In this document: positions 50,061 through 58,639 of the stretch, in pieces
Layout: every line of letters starts with the position of its first letter
Numbering within the stretch: the stretch's first letter is position 1
Assembly: GCA_038087875.1 (NCBI GenBank)
Contig: JAXLNO010001824.1
Location: 1-58,639 of the forward strand
DNA length: 58,639 nucleotides
Direction: 5' to 3'
DNA from: Malacoraja senta
Taxonomy: Eukaryota
Position numbers and translations under genes: made by a program
The notes under the pieces: model-generated
Database searches by the model: none
The model's input: only the letters and a program-made list of their open reading frames with translations
What the model was told of the DNA's origin: nothing

Positions 50061-51599
50061 GTGAGTGAAAGCCAGATCCTGATATTCCAATGATCAATGT
50101 TATTTGGCGTCCCATGCACCCTTTTCACAGCAGAGATAGTTAAGTATGTGTAGACATGTAATGGGGGAGGTGCAACTCAGTGCATTGTGGTGATGGATCT
50201 GAAATCACATTTGAATATCTAGACTGTGTTCGTACTTTAACCACTGTTGACACTTGGTCTAATTGCATCCTGATGATAGTTTATAGGCATAAAATAGCAA
50301 ATGAATTTAGAGCAGATAATCCAAGATACCTGGACCGGACATAGGTTGCAGCATCACCAGGAAGTTAATTCTACACTTTTAAAATGTGTTTACAACTGAG
50401 GGGGGAGTCGGGATTGTGGACTCATTGTGTCAGTTCAAATAGTCCCTGCATTTGTCCAACTCAACTCTGTCGCAAACCCAACAATCCCCCGGAGTCTGAG
50501 ACTGAACCACTGTCCTCGCTCTATCCACCTACCCCCAACTCTCTCTCCATCCTCTTTCCAATCCGCAACCCAGTCGCGCTGAAATGCAAGTTCAGTTTAT
50601 TGTCACGTGTACCGAGGTACAGTGAAAAGCTTTTTCTTGCGTGCTAACCAGCCAGATACATGATTATAATCGATCCTCTTACAGTGCATAGATACATGAA
50701 AGGGAAATAAAGTTTAGTGTAAGGTAAAGCCAGCGAAGTCCGATCAAGGGTAGTCCGAGGGTCTCCAAAGAGGTAGATAGTTCAGCACTGCTCTCTGGTT
50801 GTGGTAGGATGATTCCGATGTCTGAGTACAACTGCGAAGGAACTGTCCCCGAATCTGGCGGTGTGCGTTTTCACGTTAGTAACGCTCTCCGGTAATGTAC
50901 CCGCTTTATTGTAGTTCGTCCGTCCTCTGTGTCCTCAGTCAGGGCTTTGTAAAGGCAGTGGCGGCGGTGAATGTCTAAACACGGGTCCGCCTTTCCGCGG
51001 CCGGGTGGGACTACAGGGGTACCAGGCGCTGTCCGCGGGCACCTGGGGGATTTCCAGGACATCTGGGCACCGCCTGGGGTTGAATACATCCTTGACAAGT
51101 ATTGTAACATAGTTGTATAGTTGTTTATTCCGTTTATTTGTTTCTCTTGTATTATGGTGGTGGGTTCTGTTTTGTTTTATTGTATCGTAAATATTATTTT
51201 CAATAATTAAATAAATTATTTGATAATATTTAAAAAAAACACGGGTCCGGCCCAGTGTCGGTTGAGAGATGAATGTTGGCAGCGCAGCCGGCGGCACCGC
51301 CAATTAAATAGCAAAGTGGGTGCTATTTAATTAAATAGCCTGTGATTGTTGGAAGGCAGCTCCTGCAACACTGCCGCGCTCCCTCAGAACCGCACTGCGA
51401 TCCCAGCCCAGTTTCTGCTCAGGGATCTGGAGTGGGAAGTGAACCCAAATTGTACTGACCCGCGGACAGAACATTGACACAACTGGTACAATAACAGCAC
51501 TGTCTGCACTTCAGACCGGAGACATTGGTCGTGAAGCAATATGACACATTATGGAACGTTTTACGTTTTCTTTCATGTAATCTTCAAAATGTATCAATT

Positions 51600-52306
51600 C
51601 TGGGTAAATATTTTTAGTATAATATCTAAAGTGACCAGCACACAAGTGGACCCCGATCCAAAATTTATAATACTCGGAACATCAGAATTAAATCAAACAT
51701 TTACAACAACACAAAGAAACGTTATTGATTATAGTATAATAACAGGGAAAAAATTAATTCTAAAATTTTGGAAAGGCCCTACGGCCCCCACAATCAAAAT
51801 GTGGATTATAGAAATGACGGAGACCTTAAACGAGGAAAGAATCAGATTTTCCCTGTTGGACAAACAGGAATTATTCGTTGGAACATGGTCTCCCTTTATT
51901 GATGATTTAAAAGGTCAGAATGGTTCAGCACGGGAACATGACTAATGCTCGGGCTAAAGAATGGATGAAATGTTATACTCTGAAATGTACGAATATATCT
52001 CGAATGAAGTTTTTTATTTTAATAATTTTTTCCATTCTTCTTTAACTATCTTTCTCTTTTTTTTTGTTTTGTTTTTTTGTTGTTGTTTTTTTTGTTTGTT
52101 TTTTTCTCTTTTTCTTCTCTCTCTTTTCTTTCTTTAGTTCATCTATCTTTTTAGTTCTATCTAGTTTTTTTTTTAATTTAAAAGACAAAAGGTATTGGAG
52201 ACAATGTAATAATAATGGATAATATTATCAATTTAAAAATGTAAGACTGTAATGATGTTAATAGGTTATGTACTTATGTCCAATAAAAAATATTTTCAAA
52301 AAAAAA
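51600..52306 (+). mobile_element. Orthologous L1 3' fragment in intron 1 of C
   Basis: Same 15-bp TSD and position as in B. Confidence 0.93.
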
Positions 52307-52375
52307 CAAAATGTATCAATTACCATTAAACAGTTAATTTGCTCTCCATCTGAAAGTTTCTCCGCTCAGTTTCAG

Positions 52376-52690
52376 GTGCAGTGTGGGCAAAGTGGGAAGT
52401 AAAAGGAGTTGTGGGAAGAGAGATCACAATCGATTGTCACTATGCAGCAGAGTACCGCTCACACACAAAATACTGGTGCCGTGGGAGGAGTCGACCGTGT
52501 AGAGTTTTAGTGGAAACAAATGGGCAACACGGACGGAGTGGAAGAGTGTCAATCACAGATAACCCGGCACGAGGAATATTTACTGTGACTGTGGAGGATC
52601 TTCACTCTGAAGATACAGGATGGTACAGCTGTGGAATTACAACATCAGCCGACCATCCAATATTTAACGTTTTACTCGAAGTATCTGACG
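52376..52690 (+). CDS. Gene C exon V1
   Basis: 315 nt, open, motifs and splice sites intact. Confidence 0.93.
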
Positions 52691-53920
52691 GTATGTTTCG
52701 CAGTGAATGACTTGACGTCTCCAGCAGAAAGACAATACAGGATTCCAATCGACCCTCTTACAGTGCATAGATACATGAAAAGGAAATTACGTTTAGTGTA
52801 AGGCGAATCCAGCAAAGTCCGATCAAGGGTAGTCCGAGGGTCATCAAAGAGATAGATAGTTCCGCACTACTCTCTGGATGTGGTAGGATGATTCAGATGC
52901 CTGACAAGAGCTGTGAAGAAATTGTCCCCGAATCTGGCGGTGTGCGTGTTTACGCTAGTAACGCTCTCTGGTAAGGGACCTGGAGGTGGGTGGTGAGTGG
53001 GCGAGTGGTGAGTGGGTGAGTGGTTGGGTGAGTTGGGCAGATGCATGGCAGATGAAGTTTAATGTGGATAAATGTGAGTTTATCCACTTTAGTAGCAAAA
53101 TCAGGAAGGCAGATTATTATCTGAATGTTGTCAGGTTGGGAAAAGGGGAAGTACAAAGAGATCTGGGGGTCATTGTTCATCACTCACTGAAAGTAAGCAT
53201 GCAGGTACAGCAGGCAGTGAAGAAAGCTAGTGGCATGTTGACCGTAATAACAAGAGGAGTTGAGTACAGGAGCAAAGAGGTCCTTCTGCAGTTGTACATG
53301 GCCCCAGTGAGACCACACCTGGATTATTGTTTGCAGTTTTGATCTCCAAATTTGAGGAAGGACCTTCTTGCTATCGAGGGAGTGCAGTGTATGTTGAGGG
53401 AGTGCAACAAGGTTAATTCCCGGGATGGCGGGACTGTCATGTGTTGATTGAATGGTGCGGCTGCGCTTGTATACTCTGGAATTTAGAAGGATGAGATGGG
53501 ATCTTATTGAAAAATATAAGATTATTAAGGGATTGGACACGCGAGAGGCAGGAAACATTGTCCCGATATTAAGAATAATGGATAGGCCATTTAGAACGGA
53601 GATGAGGAAAAACTTTTTCACGCAGAGAGTTGTGAATCTGTGGAATTATCTGCCTCAGAAGGCAGTGGAGGCCGATTCACTGGATGCATTCAAAAGAGAG
53701 TTAGATAGAGCGCTTTGGGCTAGCGGAATCAAGGGGTATGGGGAAAGGCAGGAACGGGTTACTGATTCTGGATGATCAGCCATGAACACATTGAATGGCG
53801 GTGCAATATGACACATCATGGAACGATTTAAGTTTTCTTGCATGTTTTCTTCAAAATGTATCTATTTCCATTAAAAAGTTCATTTGTTCTCCATCTGAAA
53901 GTTTCTCCCCTCCATTTCAG

Positions 53921-54235
53921 CTGCAGTGTGGGGAGAGACGTATGTAAGAGGAGTTGTGGGAAGAGCGATCACAATCTATTGTCAATATGAAGCAGAGTAT
54001 CGCTCACACACAAAATACTGGTGCCGTGTGCAGAATCGCCAATGTACAGATATGGTGGAAACAAATGGGCAACACGGACGGAGTGGAAGAATGTCAATCA
54101 CAGATAACTCGGCACGAGGAATATTTACTTTGACTGTGGAGGATCTTCACTCTGGAGATACAGGATGGTACAGGTGTGGAATTACAACATCTAACGGCCG
54201 TTCAATGTTAAACGTAGAACTCCAAGTATCTGACG
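53921..54235 (+). CDS. Gene C exon V2
   Basis: 315 nt, open, motifs and splice sites intact. Confidence 0.93.
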
Positions 54236-54435
54236 GTACGTTTCTCAGCGATTGACTTGTCGTCTCCACTGAAAAGCCTGATCTATGTTTTCTCCGGGAA
54301 GGGTCAGGGCAGCACCGATATCCCGAGGCTCCGCAGCAGTGCAGAGCCATGCGGGGAGCGGGCGCGGGTCGGGAAACCGCACTCATTTTGCTCTCACCCT
54401 GAGCGGGCTCTGCCCCACTGAGCCGCCACCCACTT

Positions 54436-55875
54436 AGAAACATAGAAACATAGAAAATAGGTGCAGGAGGAGGCCATTCGGCCCTTCGAGCCAGCACCAC
54501 CATTCATTGCGATCATGGCTGATCGTCCCCAATCAATAACCTGTGCCTGCCTTCTCCCCATATCCCTTGATTCCACTAGACCCTGGAGCTCTATCTGACT
54601 CTCTCTTAAATCCATCCAGTGATTTGGCCTCCACTGCCCTCTGTGGCAGGGAATGCACAAATTCACAACACTCTGGGTGAAAACGTTTTTTCTCACCTCA
54701 GTCTTAAATGGCCTCCCCTTTATTCTAAGACTGTGGCCCCTGGATCTGGACTCGCCCAACATTGGGAACATTTTTCCTGCATCTAGCTTGTCCAGTCCTT
54801 TTATAATGTTATGTGTTTCTATAAGATCCCCCCTCATCCTTCTAAACTCCAGCGAATACAAGCCTAGTCTTTTCAATCTTTCCTCATAAGACAGTCCCGC
54901 CATCCCAGGGATCAATCTCGTGAACCTATGCTGCACTGCCTCAATCACAAGGATGTCCTTCCACAAATTAGGAGACCAAAACTGTACGCAATACTCCAGA
55001 TGTGGTCTTTCCAGAGCCCTATACAACTGCAGAAGAACCTCTGTACTCCTATACTGAAATTCTCTTGTTATGAAGGCCAACATTCCATTAGCTTTCTTCA
55101 CTGCCTGCTGTACCTGCAAGCCAACTTTCAGTGACCGGTGTACAAGGACACCCAGGTCTCGCTGCGCCTCCCCCTTACCTAACCTAACCCCGTTGTGATA
55201 ATAATCTGCCCCCTTGTTTTTGCCACCAAAGTGGATAACCTCACATTTATCTATATTATACTGCCACGCATCTGCCCACTCACTCAACCTGTCCTGGTCA
55301 TCCTGCAACCTGCTAACATCCTCTTCATAGTTCACACTGCCATCCAGCTTTGTGTCATCCGCAAACTTGCTAGTGTTGCTCCTAATTCCCTCTTCCAAAT
55401 CATTAATATATATGGTAAACAGTTGCGGCCCCAACACCGAGCCTTGCGGCACTCCATTCGCCACTGCCTGCCATTCTGAAAAGAACCCGTTCACTCCTAC
55501 TCTTTACTTCCTGTCTGCCAACCAATCTTCTATCCACGTCAACACCCTACCCCCAATACCATGCGCTCTAATTGTAGTCACCAGTCTCCCGGGCGGGTCT
55601 TTATCAAAGGCTTTCTGAAAGTCTAGATACACTACATGCACTGTCTCCCCTTCATCCATTTTACTTGTCACATCCTCAAAATAATCCAGAAGATTAGTCA
55701 AGCATGATTTTCCTTTCATAAATCCATGCTGACTTGGACTAATACTTTTACTGCTATCCAAATGCCCCATTATTACCTCTTTAATAATTGACACCAGCAT
55801 CTTTCCCACCACCGAAGTCAGGCTAACTGGTCTGTAATTCCCCGTTTTCTCTCTCGCTCCTTTTTTGAAAAGTGG
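54436..55875 (-). mobile_element. CR1/HER1 RT fragment, V2-V3 intron of C
   Basis: 366-aa minus ORF 54394-55494 plus 55504-55812. Confidence 0.92.
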
Positions 55876-58310
55876 AATTTAACTTCTCTTTCACTTCACT
55901 TTTCACTTCAAGTGGAATGCTCAGCACATTTCCCTTCCTCTGAACTGTATGAAATGTCACCCTGTCAGAAGTTTGCATTCCGACTCAAAATAATAATCCG
56001 ACAGATCAGTGAGAAACAAGTGTTGCTCGCGGTCTGAATACCCCGAGAGTTTTTAAAAAATCAGTCCCCAGAGCTCAATAGACTGCGATCAGTCCTCCCG
56101 GGGTAGGCCATCCCGCTTCCCGCCCCCACCTCAGGGACCAGTCATTCCCTCCCAAACCCCGCGCTCTCTCTCTCTCCCTCTGCCCGTCAATGCGCCCCCA
56201 TCCCCAGCAGCCACTGTCCACCCACCGCCCGGCAGTCAGCCAACCTCTCCACCCGGACATTTCCCCGGTGTTAAGCAGAATAAACTCATCTTTCACCCCA
56301 TCAGCCGTCGCACACAACACATAATCCTCCAACATTTTCGCCACCTGCAACGGGATCCCACTACTAGACACATCTTTCCATCTCCACCGCTTTCGGCTTT
56401 CCGAAGAGACCGTTCCTTCCGTAACTCCCTGGTCAACGTCCATCCTTCCCCCCAAAAAAAACCCCATCCCCTCTCCAAGTACCTTCCCCGACAACTGCAG
56501 GAGATAGATCACCTGTCTCGATACCTCCTTCCTCTACTCCGTCCCAAGGTCTCCAACAATCTTTTCGGGTGAGGATTGACTAGCATCTCCTCCAAGCTCA
56601 CCTACTACATCCGCTGTTCCAGGTGTGAACTACTATATATCGGCTAGACCAAGCGCAGACTTGTCGATCGTTTCGCTGAATAACTCCGCTCAGTCTGCTT
56701 CGGCCGACGCTACTTCCCGATTGCTAAACACTTTAATTCCCCCTCCCATCCCCAAACTCAACTTTCTGTCCTGGACCTCCTCCACTATCCAAAGTAAATA
56801 GGAGGAAAAGCACCTGGGAAACTTACAACCCATCGGTTTGAATATTGACTTCTCTAACTTCAAGGAACCCTTTCTTTACTCCCGTCCCCATCCCGCCACC
56901 ATCCTAGCTCTCCAGTTAGTTGCACAGTCAAACTGATTTTATTTTACTTATTGTATGCCTCGTTGTCACCTTCCCTTCAGCTCACAATGATCCATTGTCC
57001 ATTTTCTTTTCACCTTTGATCACTTGTTTTCACACCTTACCTGTCCATTTATCTTCTGTCTCCCTGTCCCATGATTCTCAGGCTGAAGATGGGTCTCGAC
57101 ACGAAACGTCACCCATTCCTTCTTTCGAGAGATGCTGCCTGCTCCGTTGCGTTACTCCAGAATTTTGTGTCTATCTTAAAGGGATCGTAAATTCGTTTTC
57201 CACAGCAGAGATGGTTAAGTATGTGTAGACATGTAAAGGGGGAAATGGAACTCAGTGCATTGTGGTGATGGATCTGAAATCACACTTGAATATCTACACA
57301 ATGTTCGTAGTTTAACCACTGTTGACACATGGTCGAATTGCATCCTGATGATAAATGAAAGGCTTTAAATAGCGAATGAATTTGAAGCGGATACTGCAAG
57401 ACACCTGGACCGAAGGCGAGAGGTTCCAACGTCATCTGGAAGTTAATTCTACACTTTTAAAAATGTGTTTACCAAGGAGGTGGAAGTCAGGATTGTGGAC
57501 TCATTGTGTCAGTTCAAACATTCCCAGCATTTGTCCGGCTCAACTCTGTCGCAAACCCAACAATTCCCCGGAGTCTGAGACTGAACCACTGTCCTCGCTC
57601 TATACACCCACCCCAACTCTCTCTCCATCATCTCTCCAATCCGCGGCCCAGCCGTGCTGAATTTTCCAGGGCGAGCCGGGGTCATTGGGAATAAAACCTG
57701 TCCCAGATGAGCAGCGGGACATTGGGCTCACAATTCAGTTTAGTTTATTGTCACGAGTACCGAGGTACAGTGAATCTGGCGGTGTGTGTTTTCACGCTAG
57801 TAGCGCTCTCCAGCAAGGGACCCGCTTTATTTTAACCGGTCCGTACTCTGTCCTCAGTCAGGGCGTTGTAAAGACAGTGGCTGCGGTGAATTTCTAAACA
57901 CGGGTCCGGCCCAGTGTCGGTTGAGAGATGAATGCTGGCAGCGCCGACACTGAAATAGCAAAGTGGGGGTATTTCTGTGGGTTGAGAGGCCGGGCACCGC
58001 CTGGGATTGTTGAAAGGCAGCTCCTGCAACACTGCCGCGCTCCCTCAGTACCGCACTGCGATCCCAGCCCAGTTTCTGCGCAGGGATCTGGAGTGGGAAG
58101 TGAACCCTAATGGTACTGACCCGGGGACAGAACACTGACACAACTGGTACAATAACAGCACTGCCTGCACTTCAGACCGGAGACATTGGCCGTGAAGCAA
58201 AATGACACATCATGGAACGATTATGTTTTTCATGTAATCTTCAAAATGTATATATTTCCATTAAACAGTTCATTTGCTCTCCATCTGAAAGTTTTTCCCC
58301 TCCCTTTCAG

Positions 58311-58626
58311 CTGCAGTGTGGGGAGAGAGGAATTTAACAGGAGTTGTGGGAAGAGCCATCACAATCGATTGTCACTATGCAGCAGAGTTCCGCTCACAGG
58401 CTAAATACTGGTGCCGTGGGCAGAGTCGCCAATGTACAGATATGGTGGAAACAAATGGGCAACACGGACGGAGTGGAAGAGTGTCAATCACCGATATACC
58501 GGCACTAAGAATATTTACTATGACTGTGGAAGATCTTCACTCTGGAGATACAGGATGGTACAGCTGTGGAATCACAGCACCTGCCGACCATTTCAATGTT
58601 TAACGTATATCTCCAAGTATCTGACG
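58311..58626 (+). pseudogene. Gene C exon V3 with +1 frameshift near the 3' end (possible sequencing error)
   Basis: 316 nt; GACCATTTCAATG versus GACCATTCAATG in A gives TAA at 58601-58603. Confidence 0.7.
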
Positions 58627-58639
58627 GTACGTTTCGCAG

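Noticed and set aside
992-58141. Many 60-150 aa minus-strand and off-frame ORFs
   Set aside because: They are antisense or alternative frames of repeats and Ig exons, with no domain or splice support.
1-58639. Triplication as an assembly artefact
   Set aside because: The copies differ by many substitutions and by TE insertions with clean TSDs and empty sites. These indels account for nearly all of the 24,113 versus 27,850 bp offset difference.
1-58639. CRISPR arrays, rRNA or prokaryotic systems
   Set aside because: No repeat-spacer arrays or rRNA-like sequence; the organisation is spliceosomal and vertebrate.

Overview
Vertebrate genomic DNA. The HER1/CR1, Penelope, V-SINE and L1/Tx1 repeat content points to a cartilaginous fish, probably a skate or ray (inference). 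The window holds a head-to-tail array of three paralogous immunoglobulin-superfamily receptor genes on the + strand: gene A (413-17763, leader upstream of the window), gene B (22169-48152, complete) and gene C (50024 to the window end, partial). The V1 exons are offset by 24,113 and 27,850 bp. GT-AG splice sites give this model: leader - V1 - V2 - V3 - C2a - V4 - C2b - 49-nt Cys linker - TM with Arg - short tyrosine-free tail, about 707 aa if intact. The V domains are CD300/pIgR/TREM-type (KYWC-x6-C second disulfide, DTGWYxC), like skate MDIRs. The TM Arg and ITIM-free tail indicate an activating-type receptor. All Ig exons are symmetric phase 1-1 cassettes. Each paralog has different lesions. 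A has a V1 Cys>Tyr change, a 33-nt V2 deletion and a V4 nonsense codon. B has a C2a frameshift and V4 Trp>Arg. C has a +1 in V3. The breakpoints of the V-exon triplication are still visible. The paralogs are mosaic and differ by young L1, CR1 and Penelope insertions with target-site duplications. No expression evidence is available, so functional versus pseudogene status cannot be settled from sequence alone.
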